The notes beneath the pieces are model-generated. The model saw only the letters and a list, made by a program, of their open reading frames with translations, was not told where the DNA came from and did no database searches. Source: an uncultured Zetaproteobacteria bacterium (GTDB lineage Bacteria; Pseudomonadota; Zetaproteobacteria; Mariprofundales; Mariprofundaceae). Taken from it: a DNA stretch of 51,916 bases. The stretch spans positions 1 through 51,916 of the forward strand of contig CAZBEN010000001.1 of the NCBI GenBank assembly GCA_964490955.1. The letters run 5' to 3'. A program made the translations under genes and the position numbers. The stretch's first letter is position 1, and every line of letters begins with the position of its first letter. Below are positions 41,388 to 51,240 of the stretch, one piece after another.

Positions 41388-42743
41388 ATGAGTGTGAAAA
41401 GTAAAATACTGCCAACGAATGAGGAAGCTCTCCGGCTGGCCAGGCATGATGTCTTGCGTTTACAGGAATTACTGGCCGGCATGCATGAATGCGAACTGTC
41501 GGATTTGCTGCTCTCTTGCCGAAATGATGAAGAACGCCTCGTTATTACTCAGCACATTCCTGATGAACTGTTAGGCGATGCCCTGCTCGAATTGCCCGAA
41601 GGCATGCAGGAAGATTTGCTTGCCCTGCTTAAACCCGGTGAGATCGAAGGTGTGGTGGAGCATCTTGATTCTGATGATGCCACTGATCTTCTGCAGAATG
41701 TCGACAAAGACGTTGCCGACGAGATAATCGAACGGCTGGAACCGGCAGATCGGCGTGAAATCAAACCTTTGATGGCCCATGATGAGGAATCTGCCGGTGG
41801 TTTGATGCAGGTCGAGCTATTTAAGGTGCGCCACGACTGGAGTGTTGAGAAGGTTATTCAGGTGCTGAGGCGCTTCGGCAAAGAGATCGAGAACCTCCAT
41901 TACGTATATGTTGTTGATGATGATGATTTGCTTGTCGGCGTACTGAGTCTTCATGCGTTGTTGTTTGCCGGTGCCGAGATTATCGTGACTGAAATTACCA
42001 ATGTCGATTTTCCACGTGTCGCGGCAGGGCAGGATCAGGAAGAGGTTGCCCGTATTTTTGACAAATATGATATGCTGGCTTTGCCGGTTGTCGATGATGC
42101 TGGTGTTTTGGTTGGCCGTATTACGGCGGATGATGTGATTGATGTGATTCAGGAAGAGGCGACCGAGGACATGTATCGCCTGGCTGCGCTCTCCGACCAG
42201 GATGATTTATCTGAGCCGGTGGCAAAAACCACCCGAAGACGTGGTGTTTGGCTGGCAGTCAATTTGCTCACAGCCATTATTGCATCTCTTGTTATTTCCC
42301 GGTTTGAAGCAACGCTTTCCCAAATTGTGGCGCTGGCGATACTGATGCCGATTGTGGCCAGTATGGGAGGAATTGCAGGTACCCAGACGCTGACGGTCAT
42401 TGTGCGCAGTATTGCCCTTGGCCGGGTGACTTTTGATAATGCCCGCCGTGCTTTAATGAAAGAAGTGTCTGTGGGAGTAGTTTCCGGACTGATATTTGCT
42501 GTTATCATGGGTATTATCGCCGCCTTATGGTTTCCTGAACTTGGTTTTAAGCTGGGTTTGATTATTGCTGCGGCGATGATGGTCAATTTATTCGTGGCAG
42601 GGCTTGCCGGTGCTATGATTCCACTGACACTGCAACGGCTGAACATAGACCCGGCCCTTGCTTCCGGCACGATTCTGACCACGGTTACCGATGTAGTCGG
42701 GTTTTTCTCTTTTCTGGGGCTGGCTGCGGTGTTCCTTGTTTGA
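41388..42743 (+). CDS. mgtE: Magnesium transporter MgtE
   Basis: MgtE_N, CBS pair, PIVASMGGIAGTQ and DPALAS...TTVTDVVG. Confidence 0.96.
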   Translation: MSVKSKILPTNEEALRLARHDVLRLQELLAGMHECELSDLLLSCRNDEERLVITQHIPDELLGDALLELPEGMQEDLLALLKPGEIEGVVEHLDSDDATDLLQNVDKDVADEIIERLEPADRREIKPLMAHDEESAGGLMQVELFKVRHDWSVEKVIQVLRRFGKEIENLHYVYVVDDDDLLVGVLSLHALLFAGAEIIVTEITNVDFPRVAAGQDQEEVARIFDKYDMLALPVVDDAGVLVGRITADDVIDVIQEEATEDMYRLAALSDQDDLSEPVAKTTRRRGVWLAVNLLTAIIASLVISRFEATLSQIVALAILMPIVASMGGIAGTQTLTVIVRSIALGRVTFDNARRALMKEVSVGVVSGLIFAVIMGIIAALWFPELGFKLGLIIAAAMMVNLFVAGLAGAMIPLTLQRLNIDPALASGTILTTVTDVVGFFSFLGLAAVFLV

Positions 42744-42967
42744 CAAGATTGGGATTGTTTTTGTTACACGCGGCGGTGTTGTTTCCCGCGTGCGTGCATT
42801 CAGGGCGCTTCGCTCGAAATGCCATGCAGTGCAACAAAAGTGGCTATATCGCTATAGCCAGAATTCATGTGAACAGGCCATGCCCTCCCTTGAACTTGAC
42901 ATTATCTCTTTTTTATAAGATAAGTTGCACTGATTTGTGCTAGTATCGCTTAAGCGGCGGAGGGTAA

Positions 42968-44053
42968 GTGTCCTTTTTTTCAAGTAAGTCTGGAGACCTG
43001 ATAGGGGTGGATATTGGTTCAACCAGCATCAAGCTGGTGCAATTATCCAGATCACGCTCGGGTTTTGAACTGATGTCGATGGCTGAGGTTCCCTTGCCAC
43101 GTGATGCCATTGTTGAAAATACCATTATTGACTCCGCAGCTATTTCCGACGCTCTGGCCGAGGCTCTGAGGCGTGCTCGTCCGTCGACGAAGAATGCAGC
43201 ACTGGCTGTTTCCGGCAATGCCGTGATTATCAAATCTTTCAAGATGCCATTGACGACTGAGTTTGAGCTGGAAGCTCAAATTGAGTATGAAGCCGACCAG
43301 TATGTCCCTTATGATATTGATGATGTATTTCTCGATTTCCATATCCAGGGTATTTCTGCTGATGATCCCGAGCAAATGGATGTGGTACTGGTTGCCTGCA
43401 AGCGGGAGGTTGTTGAAGATTATCAACAAGTCCTTAATGAAGCCGGCCTGCATGTGAAATGTATGGACTGTGATGTTTTTGCTCTAGAGAATGCGGCTGA
43501 AATAACCGATGAACATACAGCAGCAGTTATAGGCAGTGAATACTCACTTCCGGACGAAGATGCAGAGGTAAACGCACTGATTAATATAGGTGCCAATATG
43601 ATCAATATCAATGTGCTTATTGATGGCCGCTCGGCGTTTGTGCGTGACCAGTTTTATGGTGGGCAGAATCTGACCGAAGAAATTCAGAAAGAGCATAACA
43701 TCAGTTATCAAGCTGCCGAGCAGTTAAAAATAGAAAATTTTGAAGATATATATCCGAATGCACTGGAACGGTTTTATATTGATTTGACTTCCGAATTGGT
43801 GCGTTCACTGGACTTTTATGGTGACCGTGGTTCTGAATTCCCGGTACGTAAGCTGTACCTCAGCGGTGGTTGTGCATTATTACCAAATATTGCCACGGAG
43901 TTAGAGCAAAGGCTGGGTATCGATACAGGCGTGTTGAATCCATTTGATAATATTACCATTCCACCCGGTAAATTTGATGCCGAGAGCCTGAAGAAAATCG
44001 GCCCGATGATGATGGTGCCTGTTGGGCTGGCCTTACGGAATTTTGACAAATGA
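42968..44053 (+). CDS. pilM: Type IV pilus assembly protein PilM
   Basis: GVDIGSTSIK, actin-like fold motifs, LSGGCA and VGLALR; GTG start after GGAGG. Confidence 0.95.
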   Translation: MSFFSSKSGDLIGVDIGSTSIKLVQLSRSRSGFELMSMAEVPLPRDAIVENTIIDSAAISDALAEALRRARPSTKNAALAVSGNAVIIKSFKMPLTTEFELEAQIEYEADQYVPYDIDDVFLDFHIQGISADDPEQMDVVLVACKREVVEDYQQVLNEAGLHVKCMDCDVFALENAAEITDEHTAAVIGSEYSLPDEDAEVNALINIGANMININVLIDGRSAFVRDQFYGGQNLTEEIQKEHNISYQAAEQLKIENFEDIYPNALERFYIDLTSELVRSLDFYGDRGSEFPVRKLYLSGGCALLPNIATELEQRLGIDTGVLNPFDNITIPPGKFDAESLKKIGPMMMVPVGLALRNFDK

Positions 44054-44646
44054 TTCGCATTAACCTCATTCCCTACAGATCTGCTCGCAGCAAGCAACAA
44101 ATCATCTGGCATGTCAGCTCGTTCTTTGCTGTTATTGTTGTGGCTGGGTTACTCAGTCTAGGGGCACATACTGTTGCTTCGATACAGCTTTCAGATTTGA
44201 AAGAAGAATCCATTTTGATACAACAACAGAATGAAATTTTGAAGAAAAAAATCGGCAAGATTAAAAATTTGGACGGTTTGCGAACTGACGTTGAACGGAA
44301 ATTGGATCTTGTTGACAGGTTGCAGGAAGGACGTTTCCGTTCCCTGAAAACATTGAACGCTATTGCCAGCATTATTCCTGAAAATGTGTGGCTGGATGTG
44401 ATCGCGGATCATGGCGGTGACATTGAACTTTCCGGTCTGGGAGAAAGCAACAGGGCTGTAGCAAGCTTCATGCGCAGGTTGGACCAGTCTGCTGTCTTTA
44501 CCGATGTTCGGCTGGGTGAGATCAACAGGGTTGTGGTGAATGGATTGCCGATGCGGCGTTTTAGTTTGAGCTTGTCACGTGTTAAAAAAGTGCCGGTAAA
44601 AACATCACAGACATCAAAATCGAGCCGCGGCACGGTGGCATCCTGA
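44050..44646 (+). CDS. pilN: Type IV pilus assembly protein PilN
   Basis: MIRINLIPYR (INLLP motif), one TM, coiled coil and PENVWL. Confidence 0.94.
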   Translation: MIRINLIPYRSARSKQQIIWHVSSFFAVIVVAGLLSLGAHTVASIQLSDLKEESILIQQQNEILKKKIGKIKNLDGLRTDVERKLDLVDRLQEGRFRSLKTLNAIASIIPENVWLDVIADHGGDIELSGLGESNRAVASFMRRLDQSAVFTDVRLGEINRVVVNGLPMRRFSLSLSRVKKVPVKTSQTSKSSRGTVAS

Positions 44647-45263
44647 TGTTTGAGTCCATGAAGCTTTCCATATACGAATCTCTGCGCTCTATGTTGCCAT
44701 TGCCGCTGTGGCAAAAACTGACATTTCTTCTGGCGGTCTTTACGCTGATGATGGCTTTATATTTTTATTTTGGCTGGATGCCGTTGCAAGAGTCGATTAC
44801 GAAGCAGGAATCGCAACTGCAACTGCAGAAAATATTGTTGCTCAAGAACCAGCGAATGGCTCATAATCTGGTGCATAAACAGAAAGAATATACCAAGTTG
44901 GAAAAGCAGTTGAAAGTGGCGTTGAATATGTTGCCTAAAAAATCCCAGATTCCAGATTTACTGGAAAATGTATCATGGGCAGGCAAGGACTCCGGGCTGG
45001 AGTTCAAGATGTTCAAACCGGGTAGAGATGTGGCCAGGCAGATTTACGCCGAAGTGCCTGTGACATTTAATATTGGCGGCAGTTTCCGGCAGTTGCTGAC
45101 TTTTTTGAAGCGGGTCGGAGAAATGCCACGCATTGTGGATGTAAAGAATCTGGTGCTGACAAAAGGAAATGCCGGTAATATGTTGTCTATTTCTGGCCAG
45201 GCAGTGACTTACCGGTTTGTGGACGATAAACCCCAAAAGATACATAAAGGGCGGCGTCAATAG
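44646..45263 (+). CDS. pilO: Type IV pilus assembly protein PilO
   Basis: LPKKSQIPDLL, YAEVPV, MPRIV and TYRF. Confidence 0.94.
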   Translation: MFESMKLSIYESLRSMLPLPLWQKLTFLLAVFTLMMALYFYFGWMPLQESITKQESQLQLQKILLLKNQRMAHNLVHKQKEYTKLEKQLKVALNMLPKKSQIPDLLENVSWAGKDSGLEFKMFKPGRDVARQIYAEVPVTFNIGGSFRQLLTFLKRVGEMPRIVDVKNLVLTKGNAGNMLSISGQAVTYRFVDDKPQKIHKGRRQ

Positions 45264-45288
45264 CATGTTGAATGCACGGGAGAGACAA

Positions 45289-47757
45289 ATGAGACACGGA
45301 ATGAATGACTGGTTTGCAAGGTGGCGATGTATTGGTCGATTTATCCCGGGGATGGTCGTTGTGATCACACTGGTTTGTTCCCATGCATCGTTGGCAATGG
45401 CTGCAAGCATTGAAAGCCTGAAACTGCTCTCGGACGGGGCGGGCCAGAGTTTACGCATTGGCATGGACGAATTCGTCGAATATCAGGTGTTTAATCTTGA
45501 AGGACCGAAACGTCTTGTGCTCAGCTTTCCCGCTACATCTTTGTCTGACAACCTTCGACCAGTGCAGGGCAATGGCGGGGTTCTGAATGTCGTGCCGACA
45601 CAAGACAGCAATGGTGTGCGCATTGAAATCGGTCTGACTGCCGGAACAAAATATGAAATCACCGAAAAGGGCAAGGATTTGCAGGTGCTGTTTACCACTG
45701 AATCCGGTCAGCAGGCTACCGCCAATGGTGCCGTGTTACAGGACATTGAAGTGCGGGATAAAGGCCCGGTGACTGAGTTGATTCTGCGGGGGCGGCATCT
45801 GGACGCCAATCACAACGCACTGGTAACAAATGAAGGCAAAACCATGGTGCTTGATTTCTGGGGAGGTAAGTCAAACCTGCCAAAAGAGTATTATACCTAT
45901 ACATCCCAGCGGTTGAATCATGTTGCCATCGGTGTGGCCGAGGGACGAATACGTTTGGTTGTTTCCCTGCGTTCCGATATTGGCGATACTCACCAGATTG
46001 ATACCAGCACAAACGAAATGGTCGTACGGTTCGGGCAGGTAAAACAGATAGCACATTCAGGAACTATTATTGTCGAATCGGTGGATTTTCAGCCTGATGA
46101 TCGCATTGCCCACCTCGTGGTTCGTACTGACAGAACCAATCCGCTGATCAGTTTGAAGGAAGAAGATGGTAAAATTGTGCTGGATTTGAAGCATGCTCGG
46201 TTGGCTGACGGGCAGGAGCGTACTCAGGATGTGCGCGCTTTCCCGGGGCCGGTCAAACAGATTGACAGTTATGGCATTCACAAGGGTGTGCGGATTGTGG
46301 CACGACTGCGTCAAAAGTCTGTGGTTACTTCGTATCAGGTTGGCAATGTGTTGACGGTCACGATGAAACCTGCGGATATGATAGCCATGCAAGGCAGCGA
46401 CAGTACGGTTAGGGAAGAAAAAATCTATACCGGACAAAAGGTCAGCTTTGAATACAAGGATATTGATATTCGCAATGCCCTTAAGTTGATCGCTGAAATG
46501 TCCGACCTGAATATCATCATGTCTGATGATGTGACGGGAGTACTGACCATGCGGCTGGTGGATGTGCCATGGGATCAGGCGCTTGATCTGATTCTCTCAG
46601 CCAAGGGGCTGGGCAAGGAGAAGAATGGCAATGTCATGAGAATTGCACCGCTGGATGTGTTGAAGTCCGATGCGAATGCGAGAAAAGAAGCGAAACAGAG
46701 CTCTGAAGATGTGGCACCACTGGAAACAGAGTTTATTACTCTTGGTTATGCTTCGGTGAATGATGTCAGGACTATTCTGGAAGGTGGTACGGTGGACAGG
46801 GCATCTACTGCATCTGCCGGAACTGCAAGCTCTGCTTCGGCAGGGCAAACAGGAGGTGGATCAAGCCCCAGTGAGCTGAAGCTGCTTTCAGATCGCGGCA
46901 GTATCTTGCTGGATGAGCGTAGCAATACCATGATTATTACGGATACGCGTGAGCGTTTGAATAACATCAAACGTCTTATCACTGTGATTGACAAGCCAGC
47001 GCAGCAAGTGCTGATAGAAGCACGCATTGTGGAAGCTTCAGATACATTTTCACGTGACCTTGGGGTGAAATGGGGAGGGGTTTATGATGACCCTGGAAGC
47101 CCAAAAAATCGATTTAAACATAATGTGACAGGTAAGGCTTCTGGAACAAATATTGTAGACTTGGGGGCTGCTGTTGGTGCGGGTACAGGTGGTGCGATCG
47201 GCTATTCGCTGGGCACACTCAGTGGCGCGCTGAATCTGAATCTGGAGCTTTCCGCTGCAGAGACAGAAGGAGAGATCAAGGTAGTATCCAGTCCTCGGGT
47301 ATTTACCAGTAATCTGCAAGAGGCCCTTATCGAAGAGGATAAGCAAATCCCGTTTAGACAGACGACTTTTGCCGGTGGCGTCGCAACGACTGCTACAGTG
47401 CTGCAAAGCGCCAAGCTGACTTTGAAGGTAACACCGCAGATTACAGCCGATAAACGTATTATCATGCAATTGGTGGTCAACAAGGATACGCCAATCGATA
47501 ACCCAATCCCCGGCGGCGATCCCACTATTGATAAGAAGACAGTGGTTACCAAGTTGTTGGTGAAAAATGGCGAGACTGTAGTGTTAGGCGGAATTTATAC
47601 GCAGACCACCAGCGATCAGATTGATGGTGTACCTGGCCTGATGAATATCCCTATTATCGGTTATCTGTTCAGGCATAAGCTGAAAAAGAATGATCGCAAC
47701 GAACTGTTGATATTTATTACACCGACGATTGTTAGTGATGAGATTCAGGTAAACTGA
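45289..47757 (+). CDS. pilQ: Type IV pilus secretin PilQ
   Basis: AMIN-like N-terminal repeats, YTGQKVS, VPWDQALD, QVLIEARIVE, KVTPQIT and ELLIFITP; start uncertain (45265, 45289 or 45301). Confidence 0.95.
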   Translation: MRHGMNDWFARWRCIGRFIPGMVVVITLVCSHASLAMAASIESLKLLSDGAGQSLRIGMDEFVEYQVFNLEGPKRLVLSFPATSLSDNLRPVQGNGGVLNVVPTQDSNGVRIEIGLTAGTKYEITEKGKDLQVLFTTESGQQATANGAVLQDIEVRDKGPVTELILRGRHLDANHNALVTNEGKTMVLDFWGGKSNLPKEYYTYTSQRLNHVAIGVAEGRIRLVVSLRSDIGDTHQIDTSTNEMVVRFGQVKQIAHSGTIIVESVDFQPDDRIAHLVVRTDRTNPLISLKEEDGKIVLDLKHARLADGQERTQDVRAFPGPVKQIDSYGIHKGVRIVARLRQKSVVTSYQVGNVLTVTMKPADMIAMQGSDSTVREEKIYTGQKVSFEYKDIDIRNALKLIAEMSDLNIIMSDDVTGVLTMRLVDVPWDQALDLILSAKGLGKEKNGNVMRIAPLDVLKSDANARKEAKQSSEDVAPLETEFITLGYASVNDVRTILEGGTVDRASTASAGTASSASAGQTGGGSSPSELKLLSDRGSILLDERSNTMIITDTRERLNNIKRLITVIDKPAQQVLIEARIVEASDTFSRDLGVKWGGVYDDPGSPKNRFKHNVTGKASGTNIVDLGAAVGAGTGGAIGYSLGTLSGALNLNLELSAAETEGEIKVVSSPRVFTSNLQEALIEEDKQIPFRQTTFAGGVATTATVLQSAKLTLKVTPQITADKRIIMQLVVNKDTPIDNPIPGGDPTIDKKTVVTKLLVKNGETVVLGGIYTQTTSDQIDGVPGLMNIPIIGYLFRHKLKKNDRNELLIFITPTIVSDEIQVN

Positions 47758-47837
47758 CTCGTATTCTGGTTATCACGTAGTTAGCCACTGCTTCGGGCGG
47801 CTTATGCAGCTGCCAGTTTTGTTTGATGCACGTCCGT

Positions 47838-49013
47838 CTACAGAACACTGGCAGCAATCTCATCGGCTACAGCTAGTCCTTTCTCAGTCAAATATACTGA
47901 AGTGTCAGTGGAGGCCAATTTTTTCCGGCTATGCCATGGCTGCAAGGCCGTATGGAAATGTTGCCAAATATCGAGCTCGAATCGTTGTTCGAATGTTTTC
48001 CTGTTGATGCCGTTTTTTCGCCTGAGTCCGAGCCAACAGGCTTCTGCTGCGGCCTGTTCGCAATTCAGGGTATCTTTGCTGTTCGTGGCAAGCCCCTGTT
48101 GCTCAACAGCTGCAATGTAAGACTCCGGGCTACGCAAATTACTGTAGCGAGTCATTCCCATGGCCGGATATTCGCCTTGTATATCCCACTTTCCTGAAGC
48201 GCCTGCACCAATGCCGATATAGTCATGATATAACCAGTATCCGTCATTATGACGGCATTGCAGCCCGGGTCTGGCAAAGTTGGATATTTCATAAGCATTA
48301 TATCCAGCATTGGAAAGATACTTGCGAGTTTCAAAGAACATTGATAATGCAGTTTCATCATCAGGCAGTACATACGGTCTCTTTGCATGAGCGGCAGCCA
48401 GTTTGGTGTGCGGTTCGACGGTGAGTTGATAGCAGGACAAGTGTTCCGGAGACAGTTTGATGGCTGAATGTAAAGTGGTCAGCCAGTCATGCAGGTTTTG
48501 TCCGGGGAGGCCGTACATAAGATCCAGGTTGATATTGTTGAAACCTGTATCGCGGGCGATTCGGCATGCCTGAGTAGCTTCATCAGGCCCGTGAATGCGT
48601 TCCAGCCACTGTAATTCTGTTGTATTCAGGCTTTGAATGCCGATAGAAAGACGGTTGATGCCCGCTTGTCGATAGGCACGGAAGTTGCTGGAGTCGGCAG
48701 TACCCGGATTAGCTTCCAGCGTGATTTCTGCATCATTCTCAATACCGCAACAGTCGCGAGCGATATCAATGATCCCTCCAATCAGCGCCGGTGGAGACAG
48801 AGAAGGTGTACCGCCGCCAAAAAAAATGCTATGCAGCTTGCGGCCGGAAAATTGCGGTGTGTTGCTCCAGTGTTTCAGTTCGGCAATCAGCGCTTTCCGG
48901 TAAGCGTCCCAACCGGGCTGTAAACGTTCATGTGAATTAAAATCGCAGTAATGGCATTTGTGCAGGCAGAAAGGTATATGCACATACAGTTGTAGTGGGG
49001 ATGGGGCGAACAA
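47838..49013 (-). CDS. hemW: Radical SAM heme chaperone HemW
   Basis: LYVHIPFCLHKCHYCDFN, FGGGTPS, EANP and YEISN...HN..YW. Confidence 0.92.
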   Translation of the reverse strand: MFAPSPLQLYVHIPFCLHKCHYCDFNSHERLQPGWDAYRKALIAELKHWSNTPQFSGRKLHSIFFGGGTPSLSPPALIGGIIDIARDCCGIENDAEITLEANPGTADSSNFRAYRQAGINRLSIGIQSLNTTELQWLERIHGPDEATQACRIARDTGFNNINLDLMYGLPGQNLHDWLTTLHSAIKLSPEHLSCYQLTVEPHTKLAAAHAKRPYVLPDDETALSMFFETRKYLSNAGYNAYEISNFARPGLQCRHNDGYWLYHDYIGIGAGASGKWDIQGEYPAMGMTRYSNLRSPESYIAAVEQQGLATNSKDTLNCEQAAAEACWLGLRRKNGINRKTFEQRFELDIWQHFHTALQPWHSRKKLASTDTSVYLTEKGLAVADEIAASVL

Positions 49014-49015
49014 AA

Positions 49016-50536
49016 CTATTTGAGCACAACTTCGTAGTGGTCTATGGCAAAGTGTTCATTGCTTTCCAGCGAAATTTCTTTTTTCAGGAAACCTTCCAGT
49101 TGCAACACACTTTCGTTTTCTATGCCCAGTAGCAGGTCAATAATGTCAGGATGTGCAATGACGGTTAGTTTTTCACACGGATAAGCACGTGCTTCCGCCA
49201 CCACTTCGCGGAATAACTGATAACAGATGGTGGATGAACTTTTTGCGAGCCCAATACCGTGGCAGTGCTTACATTCGTTCAATAAAATACGACCCAGTGA
49301 GTCACGGGTGCGCTTGCGCGTCATTTCAACAAGCCCAAGTTCCGAGAACTGTACGATATGATTTTTCGCTTTGTCCCGTTTCAGCGCCTCTTCCAGAACC
49401 TCAATCAGTTTCAGTTTATTTTTCTCTTCCAGCATATCAATAAAATCAACCACAATAATGCCACCCAGATTACGCAGGCGAAGCTGATGAACGATTTCAT
49501 GTACGGCCTCGAGGTTAGTTTTGAAGCCAGTTTCCTCCATATTTCTGGAACCGACAAAGGAGCCTGAGTTTACATCAATGGCAATTAATGCCTCGGTTTG
49601 ATCAATAACAATATGGCCACCGGATTTCAGTGGTACACGCCGTTGCAGTGCCCGCTCCATAGTTTCTTCGACGCCATAGACGTCAAAAATTGGGCGGTTG
49701 CCCGGATAGTAATAGAGTTTCTTGGCGACTTCTGGCATGAAGCGGCGGGCAAATTTTTTCATTGTGTCGTAAGCTTCGCGGGAGTCGATATGAATTTTTT
49801 CTACTTCAGCATCGACATAATCGCGCATGACACGCAAATACAAGTTCAGCTCCTTATGAATCATGGAGCCAGGGGCGGAGTTCTTGGCTCTTTTTTCAAT
49901 ATCTGCCCATAATCGCAACAGAAAATCGAGATCCTGACGCAATTCTGGTTCTTCTTTCCCTTCGGCAACAGTGCGAATAATAATGCCACCCTGTTGCAGG
50001 TTCATGGACTTGCAGATATTCAGCAGCCGTTCGCGTTCTTCCGGGTCTTCGAGACGTCTGGCAATGCCGATATGATCCAGATTCGGCATATAAACCAGAT
50101 AACGACCGGGCAAACCAATCTGGCTGGTCATCCGAGGCCCTTTGGAAGCAATGGGTTCACGGGACACCTGAACCATCAGATCCTGACCATCCTTGAGAAG
50201 GCCGGAGATCGGTGGTGCATTACGGCGTGATGGTGAACTATCGACAGTTTCAGCCACGTTGTCTGCTTCATCAGTTTGTTCCATATCCTCCGTGAAACTA
50301 TCGACCTGTTGTTTGGCGGTGGCGATATCGCCGGCATAAAGAAATCCGGCTTTTTCCATGCCGATGTCGACAAAAGCCGCCTGAATGCCGGGTAACACGC
50401 GCTGAACGCGACCTTTGTAGATATTACCTTTCAGGCCGCGTTCACGTTCAATATAAATTTCTTCAGGTTGTCCATTCTCGATACGTGCAATCCGTGTTTC
50501 AAACGGCGCCACATTGACCAGTAATTCTACGCTCAT
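49016..50536 (-). CDS. rng: Ribonuclease G (Rne/Rng family)
   Basis: GNIYKGRV, AAFVDIG, IDVNSG, RLRNLGGIIVVDFIDM and GLVEMTRKR; downstream of maf. Confidence 0.95.
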   Translation of the reverse strand: MSVELLVNVAPFETRIARIENGQPEEIYIERERGLKGNIYKGRVQRVLPGIQAAFVDIGMEKAGFLYAGDIATAKQQVDSFTEDMEQTDEADNVAETVDSSPSRRNAPPISGLLKDGQDLMVQVSREPIASKGPRMTSQIGLPGRYLVYMPNLDHIGIARRLEDPEERERLLNICKSMNLQQGGIIIRTVAEGKEEPELRQDLDFLLRLWADIEKRAKNSAPGSMIHKELNLYLRVMRDYVDAEVEKIHIDSREAYDTMKKFARRFMPEVAKKLYYYPGNRPIFDVYGVEETMERALQRRVPLKSGGHIVIDQTEALIAIDVNSGSFVGSRNMEETGFKTNLEAVHEIVHQLRLRNLGGIIVVDFIDMLEEKNKLKLIEVLEEALKRDKAKNHIVQFSELGLVEMTRKRTRDSLGRILLNECKHCHGIGLAKSSSTICYQLFREVVAEARAYPCEKLTVIAHPDIIDLLLGIENESVLQLEGFLKKEISLESNEHFAIDHYEVVLK

Positions 50537-50570
50537 GATGATAATCCCAAAAATAATTTAATCGTAAGTA

Positions 50571-50600
50571 TTCACCACGAAGCGAACGAAGTACACGAAG
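50571..50600. repeat. Single arm of a 9-bp-periodic repeat
   Basis: ttcacc-acgaag-cga-acgaag-tac-acgaag; same layout as ttcacc-gcagag-gac-acagag-gac-gcagag. Confidence 0.7.
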
Positions 50601-50605
50601 AAACT

Positions 50606-51181
50606 TCAGCCGGTTTCATTTGTCTGCAGTGCCCGAAGCTCCGCGAGCATATCCAGCGTGGTGCGAACCGGCAGGCCGATGACATTATCCAACGGGCCGG
50701 TGATGGATTCAATAAAACTGGCTGCACCGCCCTGCACAGCATAACCACCTGCTTTATCGAGCACATCATTATGAGCCAGATAGGTTTCGATTTCGTCTGT
50801 GCTGACTGTCCTGAAACGGACGTGGGTAGCTACGTGCTGTTGCATGAGCCGGTCATTCAGGCGCACGCAGACTCCGGTGATCACCTGATGTTCAGCTCCG
50901 GAAAGTTGTTTCAGCATGGTTTTTGCATGTCTCAGGTCGCGCGGTTGTCCCAGCACATGCTTGCCGATGGCGACCAACGTATCTGCTGCAACCACAGGCA
51001 TTCCTGCCGGAGCATTGCAAGCGATGGCCTTTTCTCGACTCAGGCGTTTTACCATGGCATTCACGGGTTCACCGGGAAAAGGGGTTTCATCTATGTGGGA
51101 AGGTTGTACCTCCACAGCCAGGCCGGCACTTTGCAGCAGGGTAAGGCGGCGGGGAGAACGGGAGGCCAGGATGATTTCCAT
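50606..51181 (-). CDS. maf: Maf family nucleoside triphosphate pyrophosphatase (YhdE-like)
   Basis: IILASRSPRR, IDET, AADT, DKAGGYAVQG and NVIGLP; start MEIIL. Confidence 0.94.
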   Translation of the reverse strand: MEIILASRSPRRLTLLQSAGLAVEVQPSHIDETPFPGEPVNAMVKRLSREKAIACNAPAGMPVVAADTLVAIGKHVLGQPRDLRHAKTMLKQLSGAEHQVITGVCVRLNDRLMQQHVATHVRFRTVSTDEIETYLAHNDVLDKAGGYAVQGGAASFIESITGPLDNVIGLPVRTTLDMLAELRALQTNETG

Positions 51182-51240
51182 TTGCGTATGATAGCGTTGC
51201 TTTGCCTTGACGGCACGAGTTGCACGCATACGATGCACAC

